From: an uncultured Gammaproteobacteria bacterium
GTDB lineage: Bacteria; Patescibacteriota; Patescibacteriia; UBA9934; GWF2-40-263
DNA: 64,000 bases
Assembly: GCA_964399675.1 (NCBI GenBank)
Contig: CAYNRK010000003.1
Coordinates: forward strand, 73,033-137,032
Reading direction: 5' to 3'
The notes beneath the pieces are model-generated. The model saw only the letters and a list, made by a program, of their open reading frames with translations. It was not told the DNA's origin and did not search any database. The stretch's first letter is position 1. Each line of letters starts with the position of its first letter. Both the position numbers and the translations under genes were made by a program. This document shows positions 10,038 to 20,120 of this stretch, piece after piece.

Positions 10038-10511
10038 ATGACCAAGCAAGACTTAGAACAAATCGTGAACTACATTGTTGAGCAAGGACAACGGGCAATT
10101 AGTGAGAATACTGACGAAACAAATCTGTCCATTGATTACATGGGAATTTTTTGCAAAGACGATTCTGAGTTTTTAGAAATGGAAAGTCTTTTAAGTACCC
10201 TTGGTAAACCAGGAGACAAAACTGCAACAAAGTCAGGTTCAACTTTTTTGTTAGATACGCCTTTTGATACGCCGGCTGGTCTACTAAAAGTACTCAAGGC
10301 AAGGAAGCCAGACAAGACAAGACCTCAGCGCGGCGCACCTGATTTTAAAGTTAATGATTACCAGGCATTCAAAGAAAAATATTTTTTAAGCGGAACAAAC
10401 TCCAACTTTTCATTAATGATCAGAAAGGAATACGAAATGTTTGAACTCAAGGGTGAGGATGTTTTAGTGTATTTTCCAAGTCTGGCATTTGATGAGAGGC
10501 AACCGGCCTAA
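10038..10511 (+). CDS. Hypothetical protein
   Basis: 157-aa ORF with host-like codon usage after higA. Confidence 0.7.
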   Translation: MTKQDLEQIVNYIVEQGQRAISENTDETNLSIDYMGIFCKDDSEFLEMESLLSTLGKPGDKTATKSGSTFLLDTPFDTPAGLLKVLKARKPDKTRPQRGAPDFKVNDYQAFKEKYFLSGTNSNFSLMIRKEYEMFELKGEDVLVYFPSLAFDERQPA

Positions 10512-10584
10512 AGAATTTTGGTAGTATTTCGTACATTAAATTCGTATATGCGAATTTAATGTACGAAATAGAGCTGCACAGAAC

Positions 10585-10613
10585 TTGACGTCTCTCCCTC
10601 AATACGATACGAT
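10585..10613 (+). promoter_or_regulatory. Sigma70 promoter of thrS leader
   Basis: TTGACG-17bp-TACGAT. Confidence 0.65.
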
Positions 10614-10619
10614 TTTTTT

Positions 10620-10835
10620 GTTGCGGGGACAAAGGACAAGTGGTTTCAAAAGCTGCCAACAGAGACAAAGGGTCAAGGCTGAGAGCCCTTTGAGGAAAGT
10701 CTGATATCACACCACCTTTTGAGCAACACCTACAAAGTAAGGGGTTAATCGGTGAGAAAAACCAATTAACAATTCGGGTGGAACCGTCTGGCCTTTAAGC
10801 TGGATCCCGAAGCTTCACTTGCGTGAAGTTTTTTG
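10620..10835 (+). promoter_or_regulatory. T-box riboswitch (Thr, ACC specifier) with terminator
   Basis: Stem I gttgc...gcaac with AGAGA and GGCTGAGA boxes, ACC at 10711-10713, T-box aattcgggtggaaccg (10771-10786), terminator aagcttcac-ttgc-gtgaagtttttt; upstream of thrS. Confidence 0.85.
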
Positions 10836-10857
10836 TTTAATAAATTTAAAAGAAATT

Positions 10858-11007
10858 TATGGAAATAGATTGAAATAGATTCAAAATATGGAAATAAATA
10901 GAAATAGATTGAAATAAGCAGAAATTTGTTGAATACAACTTAATTTCTATAAGTTTCTACCTATTTCCGTACTCTGAACCTATTTCCACATATTTCTACT
11001 ATATTTC
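10858..11007. repeat. AT-rich short tandem and inverted repeats (gaaatagatt / tatttc)
   Basis: Multiple gaaata(g/a) units followed by complementary tatttc units. Confidence 0.7.
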
Positions 11008-11016
11008 AATAACAAT

Positions 11017-12759
11017 ATGGACACAAAACAATTACAAAAAAACAGACATTCAATTTGCCACATGATGTCAATGGCGATTCTTGAGATTTATCCAAAAGCC
11101 GGGTTGGGTGTTGGGCCGTTTATTGAGAATGGTTTTTATCAGGACTATGATTTGCCTGAGCCAATCTCAGATGAGATTTTTGACGAGCTTGAAAAGCGAA
11201 TTAAGGAAATGATTAAGCAGAATATTGCGTTTGTTCAGCATGACATGTCTTTTGAAGATGCACTTAAGGAATACAAACACGATCCGTATAAAACAGAAAT
11301 GATCGAACAGCTAAAGGAGAAGGGGGAGAAGAGTGTTAGTTTTTTTAAGTCAGATGAGTTTGAGAACTTGTGCAAAGGGCCGCATGTTGGCACAACAAGT
11401 GAAATTGATCCAGACAGTTTTAAATTAACAAAAGTTGCTGGAGCTTATTGGAGAGGGGATGAAAAGAAAAAAATGCTTACGCGTATTTATGGTGTTGCGT
11501 TTGCAAACAAAAAGGAACTTGATGCGCATTTAAAAATGTTAGAGGAAGCTGAAAAGCGTGATCACAGAAAAATTGGTCAAGAACTGGATCTGTTTCACTT
11601 TTCAGATCTTGTGGGATCAGGCCTGCCTTTGTTCACAGAAAAGGGGACAGCAATTCGTGACGTTCTTAAAGATTTTATTTGGGATCTCATGAAGCCGTAC
11701 GGATATACTCGTGTGACAATTCCTCATATTGCAAAGTCGGACTTGTACAAAAAATCAGGCCATTGGGATAAATTTGCTGATGATATTTTTCATGTTTCAA
11801 GTCAGAAAACAGAACAGAAGTTTGTTATCAAACCAATGAACTGTCCTCATCACACTCAACTTTACGCAGCCCGTCCGCGATCATACAGAGATTTGCCGAT
11901 TCGAATGAGTGAAGTAACTGCTGTGTATCGAGATGAGAATACTGGACAACTTCAAGGTTTGTCTCGGGTTCGATCGATTACGCAGGACGATGCGCATGTA
12001 TTTTGTCGCATGGATCAGGTTGAGGAAGAGGTGTTGGCACTCTACGACATTGTGAAAAAGTTTTACGCTGCTTTTGACATGCCTCTTAATGTTGCTCTTT
12101 CTCTGAGAGACCCAAAGAAACCTGAAAAGTATTTGGGTGATGATAAAGTTTGGGAAAAGTCAGAAGGAACACTTAGAGACGTTCTTAAGAAATTGAAGAT
12201 CGAGTTTGTAGAGGAAGAAGGTGAGGCAGCTTTTTACGGACCAAAGATTGACTTTATTGCCACAGATGCAATCGGACGTAAATGGCAGCTTGCCACAATT
12301 CAGTTGGATTTCAATTTGCCTGAAAGATTTGAGCTTGAATATATTGATTCTGACGGAAAAAAGAAACGTCCAGTCATGTTACATAGAGCGATTTTAGGTT
12401 CGGTTGAAAGATTTTTGGGGGTGCTTATCGAGCACTATGCTGGAGCGTTTCCTTTTTGGCTTGCGCCAGTGCAGGTTAGGCTTGCAACAGTGAGTGAGGA
12501 TTATGTTGAGTTTGCGGAAAAGTTGAAAGCGGATTTGTTTGAAGCTGGGATTCGTATTGAGCTTGATGGGTCAGCAGAAAAAGTTGGAAAGAAGATTAGA
12601 AATGCTGCCAAGCAAAAAATTCCGTGGACAATTGTGATTGGGAAAAAAGAAGCAGAAGGAGGTGACTTCACAGTAAACGCGTTTGGCAAAGAAGAAGATC
12701 TGACAATATCTCAAGCTGATTTCGTAAAAGAAGCCCAAAAGCAAGGTTCAATTAAATAG
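11017..12759 (+). CDS. thrS: Threonyl-tRNA synthetase (lacks N-terminal TGS domain)
   Basis: LCKGPH, RDHRKIG, KPMNCP, AAFYGPKID, HRAILGSVERF. Confidence 0.98.
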   Translation: MDTKQLQKNRHSICHMMSMAILEIYPKAGLGVGPFIENGFYQDYDLPEPISDEIFDELEKRIKEMIKQNIAFVQHDMSFEDALKEYKHDPYKTEMIEQLKEKGEKSVSFFKSDEFENLCKGPHVGTTSEIDPDSFKLTKVAGAYWRGDEKKKMLTRIYGVAFANKKELDAHLKMLEEAEKRDHRKIGQELDLFHFSDLVGSGLPLFTEKGTAIRDVLKDFIWDLMKPYGYTRVTIPHIAKSDLYKKSGHWDKFADDIFHVSSQKTEQKFVIKPMNCPHHTQLYAARPRSYRDLPIRMSEVTAVYRDENTGQLQGLSRVRSITQDDAHVFCRMDQVEEEVLALYDIVKKFYAAFDMPLNVALSLRDPKKPEKYLGDDKVWEKSEGTLRDVLKKLKIEFVEEEGEAAFYGPKIDFIATDAIGRKWQLATIQLDFNLPERFELEYIDSDGKKKRPVMLHRAILGSVERFLGVLIEHYAGAFPFWLAPVQVRLATVSEDYVEFAEKLKADLFEAGIRIELDGSAEKVGKKIRNAAKQKIPWTIVIGKKEAEGGDFTVNAFGKEEDLTISQADFVKEAQKQGSIK

Positions 12760-12761
12760 GC

Positions 12762-12792
12762 AAAAAAACCGGTTTAATAAAGCCGGTTTTTT
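12762..12792. terminator. Rho-independent terminator
   Basis: aaaaaaccggttt-aat-aaagccggtttttt. Confidence 0.75.
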
Positions 12793-12875
12793 GATTTGTA
12801 GAAGTTGGGGGTTGACAGAATCGGTATTTATGTTAAGTTGATTTGCCGACTCACAGGGTAAGGAGGTGATTCATC

Positions 12876-13361
12876 ATGGCCTCTGTTGCAAGGCTTGCAG
12901 GAAGAGATCCTCGCATTGCACAGGTCTTTGACGAGGCCTTTGCAAACTCACCAGCGCTAGCAGCGTTTCTGACAACGCGAGTGCGCAATATGGGCGGAAC
13001 CGTGCTTGTTGCGCGGCTCTTGGTCAAGCATCTGACCAGCCTATTTCGTGGCGTGTTTCCCCATGTGAACAAGCATGTTGTGGACCGCTTTGACATATGG
13101 CCTCATCAGAGGTCTTTCCCTGCAATGGTCGAGGAACTGCTCGGCGGGGAGACACTTCTGAGAAGGGCTGCCATACTCCACACAAGCATCAGGGGTCGTG
13201 TGGAGATTCCGCCAGGCGCTACCCGCGTGAGGGATTGCACCATCAGGCCAAGACGCGGCACGCACGAGTCCTTGTGCGAGCCCGTGGTCTACGCCTTCTA
13301 CTGCGCATGCGCAATGCTGCGCAATCTACGACTTCCGCAGCCGGTTGCTGCGGCAGCATAA
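12876..13361 (+). CDS. GC-rich orphan protein
   Basis: TTGACA at 12812, AAGGAGGTGA SD, ATG. Confidence 0.7.
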   Translation: MASVARLAGRDPRIAQVFDEAFANSPALAAFLTTRVRNMGGTVLVARLLVKHLTSLFRGVFPHVNKHVVDRFDIWPHQRSFPAMVEELLGGETLLRRAAILHTSIRGRVEIPPGATRVRDCTIRPRRGTHESLCEPVVYAFYCACAMLRNLRLPQPVAAAA

Positions 13362-13448
13362 CTGGGACTCATCCGAGTCCTGTTTCTTTTTCTCAACGAC
13401 GTCCAGCCCCTTTTCTTTTACATGTTTTTTTGTTACAGTCCGCGCATT

Positions 13449-14789
13449 ATGGATTCAGAATCAAAGCCAAAATATCATATCATCACCTTTGGTTGCCAGA
13501 TGAACAAAAGCGATTCAGAACGCATGGCCAGCTTGCTTAATGGTGTTGGTTTAGAATCAACAGATGAAAAAGAAAAAGCTGACGTGATTCTTGTGAACAC
13601 ATGCTCAGTTCGCAAAAGCGCTGAGGATCGGGTTTTTGGTAAAATCAAATCATTCAAATTACTTAAAAAAGAAAAACCGAATTTGATTATTGGAATAACC
13701 GGTTGCATGCCAGGGCGTGACAGAGAAGGTGCAATGTTGAGAAAGCTTCCGATTGTTGATCTGTATTTTCCAACCGCGGACATGGGGCAACTGCCAAGAT
13801 GGATTGGTGAGCTTCGACCGGAACTTGTTAATAGCGAGGATATTGTTGAGGATTATTTAAAAATCAAACCAGAGTATCATAGTAAGCATCAGGCATTTGT
13901 AAGTATTCAAACCGGGTGCAACAATTTTTGTACTTATTGTGTTGTGCCTTTTGCAAGAGGCCTTGAAAAAAATCGGCCGCTCAAAGATATTTTGGATGAG
14001 ATTAAAGATTTGAGCGATCACGGAGTTGTTGAGATCACTTTGCTTGGTCAGACAGTTAATAGTTACATTGCGCAAGATCCTGAAAATTTTTCAAAAGACA
14101 ATCCATACAAAGATCACTTTGCTGCGCTGCTTTGGGAAGTCAATCAGATCAAAGGAATTTCTCGTCTTCACTTTACAGCTCCGCACCCGCTTCACATGAC
14201 TGATGAAATTATTGATGCCATGACACTGCCGGCGCATTTGAATTTTATTCATCTGCCGGTTCAATGTGGGGATGATGAAATTTTGCGCAAGATGAATCGT
14301 CGCTATACGTCCAAGCAGTTTTTGGAAGTAATTGATCGTTTGCGCGCAAAGATTCCAAACATTGCCATTGCCACAGATATCATTGTTGGGTTTTGTGGTG
14401 AAACAGAAGAGCAGTTTGAGAAAACAGTTGAGATGTACAAAAAGGTTCGTTTTGATATTTCCTATACTGCGCGTTATTCAGAAAGATCAGGGACTGCAGC
14501 TTGGCGAGCTTTTGAAGATGATGTATCGCATGCTGAAAAGAAAAGACGTTGGTTTGTTTTGCAAAAACTTATGGAGCAGATTACGTTTGAGAAAAACCAA
14601 TTGTTTGTTGGAGAAACTGTTTCTGTTTTGGTTGAACGTTATGAGTCGGAATATTGTTATGGAAATTCCAGAGAATTAAAATTGGTAAGGTTTCCAAGCG
14701 ACAAAAATCTTACAGGCGAGATTGTTAATGTTAAAATTGATATGGCTGACAAATGGATTTTGACTGGTTTATTGTCAGATATTAAATAA
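13449..14789 (+). CDS. miaB: tRNA-2-methylthio-N6-dimethylallyladenosine synthase
   Basis: TFGCQMN, NTCSVR, GCNNFCTYC radical-SAM motif, TRAM C-terminus; next to miaA. Confidence 0.96.
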   Translation: MDSESKPKYHIITFGCQMNKSDSERMASLLNGVGLESTDEKEKADVILVNTCSVRKSAEDRVFGKIKSFKLLKKEKPNLIIGITGCMPGRDREGAMLRKLPIVDLYFPTADMGQLPRWIGELRPELVNSEDIVEDYLKIKPEYHSKHQAFVSIQTGCNNFCTYCVVPFARGLEKNRPLKDILDEIKDLSDHGVVEITLLGQTVNSYIAQDPENFSKDNPYKDHFAALLWEVNQIKGISRLHFTAPHPLHMTDEIIDAMTLPAHLNFIHLPVQCGDDEILRKMNRRYTSKQFLEVIDRLRAKIPNIAIATDIIVGFCGETEEQFEKTVEMYKKVRFDISYTARYSERSGTAAWRAFEDDVSHAEKKRRWFVLQKLMEQITFEKNQLFVGETVSVLVERYESEYCYGNSRELKLVRFPSDKNLTGEIVNVKIDMADKWILTGLLSDIK

Positions 14790-14802
14790 TAGTTATTTAT
14801 TT

Positions 14803-14931
14803 TGTCATCTCGACCGAGCGAAGCGAGTGGAGAGATCTCGAATTTACAGGATCGATCATTCAAGATTTCTCGGCTCGCGGAGCCTGTCCTGAGCGAACGA
14901 AGTGAGTCGAATGGGCTCGCTCGAAATGACA
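14803..14931. repeat. REP-like palindrome family A
   Basis: tgtcatctcgacc...tcgaaatgaca. Confidence 0.9.
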
Positions 14932-14968
14932 TTAGTAATTGATTGATCGAGACAACAAAAACAAAAAT

Positions 14969-15829
14969 ATGAAACCAAAAATAATTGCAATTGTTGGACC
15001 AACCGCATCAGGTAAAACCTCGGTTGGTATTAAGATTGCCAAACAACTGAATGGGGAAATCATTTCAGTTGATTCTCGACAAGTATATCGAGGAATGGAT
15101 ATTGGAACAGCCAAGGACAAAGACTTTGATGAGTGGGGGATTGATTTGGTTGATCCTGATGAAGATTTTTCAGTTGCTGATTTTAAACAGTATGCTGAGG
15201 AAAAGATTGATGACATTATTTCAAGAGGCAAGGTTCCGGTTCTTGTGGGTGGAACTGGAATGTGGCTTAGGGCTTTGATTGATAATTTTAATCTCACACA
15301 AACTCCTGGTAATCCAGAACTTCGCCGCAAACTTGAGGCTTGCACAAAAGAAAATTTGTTTCATGAATATAAACAGCTGGATCCAGACGGGGCTGAGATT
15401 ATTGATAAAGAAAATAAGCGTCGGCTTGTAAGAGCTCTTGAGGTAACAAAGCAAACAGGTATTCCTTTTTCAAAACAAAGCTTAACAGGTGAACCAAAAT
15501 ATGAAGCTGTTCAAATCGGACTTTTGGTTGACAAAGAAATTCTAATAAAAAGAATCAATGATCGGGTTGGTGAAATGATTGAGGAAGGTTTGGTGGATGA
15601 GGTTAAAGATCTGAAAGAACGATTTGGATGCGAAATTGATTCTATGACTGGAATTGGTTACAGACAGATTTGTAGGTTTTTGGATGGAAAGGATTCCTTA
15701 GAGCAAGCAATTGAGGAAATCAAAAAAGCCACCAGGCAATATGCAAAACGCCAGATGACTTGGTTTAAACGTGACAATCGAATTCAGTGGATAAAAAACG
15801 CGGATGAAGTGTTTAAGATCTTAACTTAA
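14969..15829 (+). CDS. miaA: tRNA dimethylallyltransferase
   Basis: GPTASGKT, DSRQVYRGMDIGTAK, VGGTG, YAKRQMTWF. Confidence 0.97.
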   Translation: MKPKIIAIVGPTASGKTSVGIKIAKQLNGEIISVDSRQVYRGMDIGTAKDKDFDEWGIDLVDPDEDFSVADFKQYAEEKIDDIISRGKVPVLVGGTGMWLRALIDNFNLTQTPGNPELRRKLEACTKENLFHEYKQLDPDGAEIIDKENKRRLVRALEVTKQTGIPFSKQSLTGEPKYEAVQIGLLVDKEILIKRINDRVGEMIEEGLVDEVKDLKERFGCEIDSMTGIGYRQICRFLDGKDSLEQAIEEIKKATRQYAKRQMTWFKRDNRIQWIKNADEVFKILT

Positions 15830-17339
15830 CTTTGATAATGTTGCTTGTCACAGCTGGATCTGCAGTTCCTTCTGTTGCTTTCATAACCATTCCAATGAAG
15901 AACTTAATCAGCTTTTCATCTCCGGCTTTATAACGCGCAGCTTCATCAGGATGTGACTCAATCACCTGATCAACAATTTCCGCTAATGCTCCTTCATCAT
16001 CCATTTGTCCCAGTTGTTTATCTTCCAAAACATGACTTGGGTCACTGCCATCATCAAGCATTGCGTTCAAAACTTTAAGACCGCTTGCGTTATTTAGTTT
16101 TCGTTGTGCAATAAGTGTGATGAACTCAGCAAAGTTTTCAGGGTTGATTTTCATTGTTCTAACATCAATACCACGCTCGCTCATAAGACCGCCCAACTTT
16201 GAAAGCATCCAACCGGAATAAAGTTTGGCGATTTTTTGTTTTTCAGTGTTCCAGATTTCTTCTTCAGCTCCATCAAGTTCAGGAAGCGCTTTGATCCATG
16301 CAAAGAGTTCTGAAAAGACATGCTCTGTAAAATCGGCCAGTACAAGATCATCACAGATCTGTTTTGCATCCGATGGTTTCAATCTATATTCTTCTTCAAA
16401 TCTAGCGCGTTTTTGTGCTGGGAGTTCTGGCAAGCTGTTCTTTAATTCATCTGCAATTTTAGCAAGTGCAAGCGCTGGAATATCCGGTTCTGGAAAGTAT
16501 CGATAATCAGCAGCCCCTTCTTTTGAACGCTGTTCTTCTGAGATGCCTTTTTGGTCGTTCCACCCGCGAGTTGTTGATTCTGAGGGAGGAGTTCCTTTAT
16601 CCCAAAGTTTTGTTTGGCGCATGATTTCATATTCAAGAGCTTTCTCAACATGCTTAAACGAGTTGAGATTTTTCATTTCTGTTTTTGGATTGAGCGATTG
16701 TGATTTTGGAAAACCTTTTTTATCAAGCTCACGAAGAGAAATGTTTGCATCACATCGTAAGTGCCCCTTTTCCATGTCAGCATTTGAAACATCAAGATAA
16801 CGTGCAATCAAGCGAAGGTTTTGCAAAAAGATTTTTGCCTCGCGAGGTGTTCGAAAATCCGGCTCAGTAACGATTTCAATAAGCGGTGTGCCACCTCGGT
16901 TAAAATCAACATGTGTTTTTCCATCTTCACCATGAAACGATTTTGCAGCGTCTTCTTCAAGGTGCGCGCGCGTGATCCCGATTTTTGCCACTTCTCTTGG
17001 GCCAGCTGGAATTTCTAAATCTAAATATCCATTCTCAGCGATCGGTAAATCAAACTGTGAGATCTGATAAGCCTTTGTAAGATCTGGATAAAAATAATTT
17101 TTACGGTCAAACTTTGAGTGGTCAGCGATTTTGCAATTAAGCGCAAGGCCTACCAGGATTCCATAATGGATTGCTTGTTCATTGGGCACAGGCAAAACTC
17201 CAGGATGACCAAGACAGATTGGACAAACGTGGGTGTTTGGCGCAACAGCTGAGTCATGTGTTGAGCAGCCACAAAACATCTTAGTTTTTGTTTTGAGCTG
17301 GATATGGATTTCAAGTCCGATTACAGGTTCAAGGTTCAT
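15813..17339 (-). CDS. gatB: Asp/Glu-tRNA amidotransferase subunit B
   Basis: IGLEIHIQL, FDRKNYFYPD, HLEEDA, YRYFPEPD. Confidence 0.97.
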   Translation of the reverse strand: MNLEPVIGLEIHIQLKTKTKMFCGCSTHDSAVAPNTHVCPICLGHPGVLPVPNEQAIHYGILVGLALNCKIADHSKFDRKNYFYPDLTKAYQISQFDLPIAENGYLDLEIPAGPREVAKIGITRAHLEEDAAKSFHGEDGKTHVDFNRGGTPLIEIVTEPDFRTPREAKIFLQNLRLIARYLDVSNADMEKGHLRCDANISLRELDKKGFPKSQSLNPKTEMKNLNSFKHVEKALEYEIMRQTKLWDKGTPPSESTTRGWNDQKGISEEQRSKEGAADYRYFPEPDIPALALAKIADELKNSLPELPAQKRARFEEEYRLKPSDAKQICDDLVLADFTEHVFSELFAWIKALPELDGAEEEIWNTEKQKIAKLYSGWMLSKLGGLMSERGIDVRTMKINPENFAEFITLIAQRKLNNASGLKVLNAMLDDGSDPSHVLEDKQLGQMDDEGALAEIVDQVIESHPDEAARYKAGDEKLIKFFIGMVMKATEGTADPAVTSNIIKVKLRS

Positions 17340-18066
17340 ATTTTGTCACTTTACTACTCTTTAAATCTTCATACAACATTGTCATGTATGCAAGTTGAAA
17401 TGGGATTAGGACAGCTATTCCGATCATTTCTATAATATCAAGCCAAAGAGGAACCTGGTCTTCAGGAAGCATAAGAAGCTCTTTTGGATCAAGACCGATC
17501 ACAAAAGCAATTAGTGTCACAATCATTCCTAAGACAACAGAATATATTAAAAAGATAATAGTGATTCCTCCAAGAAATTTCCACGCTGTTTGAAAGAAAC
17601 GGCCTTGTACAAGTTCTCTGCTAAAATTTAGCGCTTCTAATCCGCGTTTATTATCAAGCACTGCTGCGATTTGGCTAAAGCCGTACCAAATAAAAAATAT
17701 TAAACCGGGAATAATTAGCAGGATAAATCCACCCAAAATAATTATCAACTGTAAGATTGCCACAACAAGCATTGGTTGGATTTTTTCTAAGGACGTTCTG
17801 TGAAGCGCGTGTGGATTTTGTTCACGTTTGTTTATAACAGAGTCAATGTACATTAGAAGCAGAATTTCCACCCAAACAAGAAAAAAGATTTCTATAACAG
17901 CAAAAAGTAAAATCAAGACAGTTCCAATTCCTGTTTCTGCAAGTGGTTGTAACAAAACAACTCCCAAAAACGGGAGGAGAATCCAGGCTGAATATCCAAT
18001 AAGTGTTCCAGCGTGTGTTTTATAAAGCCCCCAACTTTTTTTCAAAAGCGTTGTGATTGAGGACAT
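17329..18066 (-). CDS. Integral membrane protein
   Basis: Multiple TM helices; ALNFSRELVQGRF motif shared with upstream paralogue. Confidence 0.8.
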   Translation of the reverse strand: MSSITTLLKKSWGLYKTHAGTLIGYSAWILLPFLGVVLLQPLAETGIGTVLILLFAVIEIFFLVWVEILLLMYIDSVINKREQNPHALHRTSLEKIQPMLVVAILQLIIILGGFILLIIPGLIFFIWYGFSQIAAVLDNKRGLEALNFSRELVQGRFFQTAWKFLGGITIIFLIYSVVLGMIVTLIAFVIGLDPKELLMLPEDQVPLWLDIIEMIGIAVLIPFQLAYMTMLYEDLKSSKVTKYEP

Positions 18067-18067
18067 A

Positions 18068-18922
18068 TTATTTTGATTTCAAACTTTGGTACAAAAGCAC
18101 ATCAGCGGTAACAACAAGCGGATTGATCAAAATAGCAATTAAGATTGGGATAATGCTTTGTGTAAGTGTTGTGACGCGAAGATGCAAATCAATGTTAAGT
18201 CCGATTGAGCCAACAATAACGATCTGCACTATGTATGCGATAACAGATACAGCAAAAACACCAATTAAGATAAAGACAATTTTTGGAACAGCCAGGCGAA
18301 TTAGCACTGACCAGAATTTTCCTTTTACAAGTTCTCGGCTGGTATGAAGCGCTTGCTTTCCCTTTATTTTATCAAACGCTGTTGAGAATGGAGCGAATAT
18401 ATAGTAGACAAGCCACAGTGCCGTGAGGACAAGCGCAACAAATGGTGCCAAGATAAGCAGGATGTTTGCAAGTGTAATAATGGCACTGATATGAACGACT
18501 GTATATAAAAGACTAAGCAGGATTGATGGTGCAAAGCCGATCACTTGAGCCAAAATAATCATCAAGAAAACCAGAATGCTTATAAAGAGAGTTGCTGTAA
18601 ATAGTTGCTTGCTTTCTGTTAGTGCTTTTTTGACATTTGCACCTCTTATCAATCTAACCAGTCCTACAAATATAAAAACCATTAAAAGCGGTGTAACAAC
18701 ATACTGTGTGAGCGCAAATAATATTACACCAAATTTTTCAGCAAAGCTTAGGCTAGCTGAATAAGCCAAAGTTGTTGCTGACGGGTAAAAAGCCAATGAA
18801 ATAACTTCCAGGATGGCTGCGATCAAAAGCCACCCAGAGATACTCATGAATTCAGTGAATCGTTCTTTGTAAAGTTCCCAGGATTCGTCAATTAGTTGTC
18901 CAACAGAAATAAGTTTTGCCAT
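18068..18922 (-). CDS. Integral membrane protein (paralogue of neighbour)
   Basis: Multiple TM helices; ALHTSRELVKGKFW. Confidence 0.8.
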   Translation of the reverse strand: MAKLISVGQLIDESWELYKERFTEFMSISGWLLIAAILEVISLAFYPSATTLAYSASLSFAEKFGVILFALTQYVVTPLLMVFIFVGLVRLIRGANVKKALTESKQLFTATLFISILVFLMIILAQVIGFAPSILLSLLYTVVHISAIITLANILLILAPFVALVLTALWLVYYIFAPFSTAFDKIKGKQALHTSRELVKGKFWSVLIRLAVPKIVFILIGVFAVSVIAYIVQIVIVGSIGLNIDLHLRVTTLTQSIIPILIAILINPLVVTADVLLYQSLKSK

Positions 18923-18926
18923 ATGA

Positions 18927-19598
18927 TTACAAAAGAGGACAAACAACCCTCCAAATTTTTTCATGGATCGCGTCTCTACTAAGAAGCTTTCCATCTTCTA
19001 CACATTTAATAAGTTGAAATTGATCAAAACGTTTTGTGATATCAAGGTAAGCTTTTTCTGCTGCGTGTAAGTGGCCAGGATCAGATTCATGAATATCTTT
19101 TTTAAGCCCGTGTTTGCTTTCTCTCTCTTTTGTTAGTTCAAGTGCAATTTCAGTTGGAACATGTAATATGATATTTAAATCCGGAACAGGGATTTGAAAA
19201 ATCTCAAACTCCAGGTGCATTGCCCAATCAAAGAATTTTTGTCGCTCTTCATTATCGTGAATTTTTGAACCATGATGACCCATGTTTGCGCCAACATATC
19301 TATCAGCGATTACATAGTTTCCGCTTTCAAGCCATGTGCGAATTTGAGGTGCTGCGTCATGGCGATCAATGGCATAGAAAATCGATGATCTCTGTGGGCC
19401 AACATCTTGAGCTGAGCCATATTTTCCCGAAAGGTATTCTTCAACTGCTCCACAACTTTTTTCTCCGTATCGCGGGAAAGAGATTGTTTTAATTGGAAAG
19501 CCTTCCTGCTCCATTCTGCTAAGAAGAAGTTTTGTTTGTGTGGCTTTTCCTGAACCGTCTGTTCCGTCAATAACAATAAATGTTCCAGTTTTTTTCAT
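18927..19598 (-). CDS. tmk: Thymidylate kinase
   Basis: IDGTDGSGKATQ P-loop, FYAIDR, IADRY, PDL, DIHE. Confidence 0.9.
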   Translation of the reverse strand: MKKTGTFIVIDGTDGSGKATQTKLLLSRMEQEGFPIKTISFPRYGEKSCGAVEEYLSGKYGSAQDVGPQRSSIFYAIDRHDAAPQIRTWLESGNYVIADRYVGANMGHHGSKIHDNEERQKFFDWAMHLEFEIFQIPVPDLNIILHVPTEIALELTKERESKHGLKKDIHESDPGHLHAAEKAYLDITKRFDQFQLIKCVEDGKLLSRDAIHEKIWRVVCPLL

Positions 19599-19614
19599 AA
19601 GTAAGTATAGCAAA

Positions 19615-20049
19615 TTATCCTGTTGATCCGAAACCTCCTCGGTTTTTTGATTCAATGTTTTTTACTTCGCGGAATTCCGCGCGCTTCATTGGAACAAGCA
19701 TGGCTTGTGCAATACGCTGACCTTTTTTAATCTCTACAGGCTTGTCAGAATAGTTTCTTAGTTGCAAATGTAGCTCGTCTTCAGGCCCACAATAATCTTG
19801 ATCTACAATACCAACTCCTTGAGGAATATTTATTCCATAACGCCAGGGGGTAGAGGATCGTGAAGCAATGAGAAGCACGTGATCTTTTGGAACACAAATA
19901 ACCAGTCCGGTTTTAAGGCGCACTGTTTCTTTAGGCTGAATCACTTTGTTTTCAATGGGAGCTAAATCAAACGCACAAGAGCCTGATGTTGCGTATTCAG
20001 GAATTATTGCGTCTGGGTGAGTTTTATAGATGTCCACAGGTAATGGCAT
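19615..20049 (-). CDS. dut: dUTPase
   Basis: AFDL, RSS, GIVDQDYCG, RIAQ, RGGFGSTG. Confidence 0.95.
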   Translation of the reverse strand: MPLPVDIYKTHPDAIIPEYATSGSCAFDLAPIENKVIQPKETVRLKTGLVICVPKDHVLLIASRSSTPWRYGINIPQGVGIVDQDYCGPEDELHLQLRNYSDKPVEIKKGQRIAQAMLVPMKRAEFREVKNIESKNRGGFGSTG

Positions 20050-20120
20050 AACGGGCGTATTTTAGCGGAAAAATGCTCTGCTGGAAACCATCTCTCTGGT
20101 TTGGTAAAGTGGGGGACGTT

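Noticed and set aside
13097-13540. Alternative 147-aa ORF
   Set aside because: Overlaps the SD-supported 12876-13361 ORF and the miaB start
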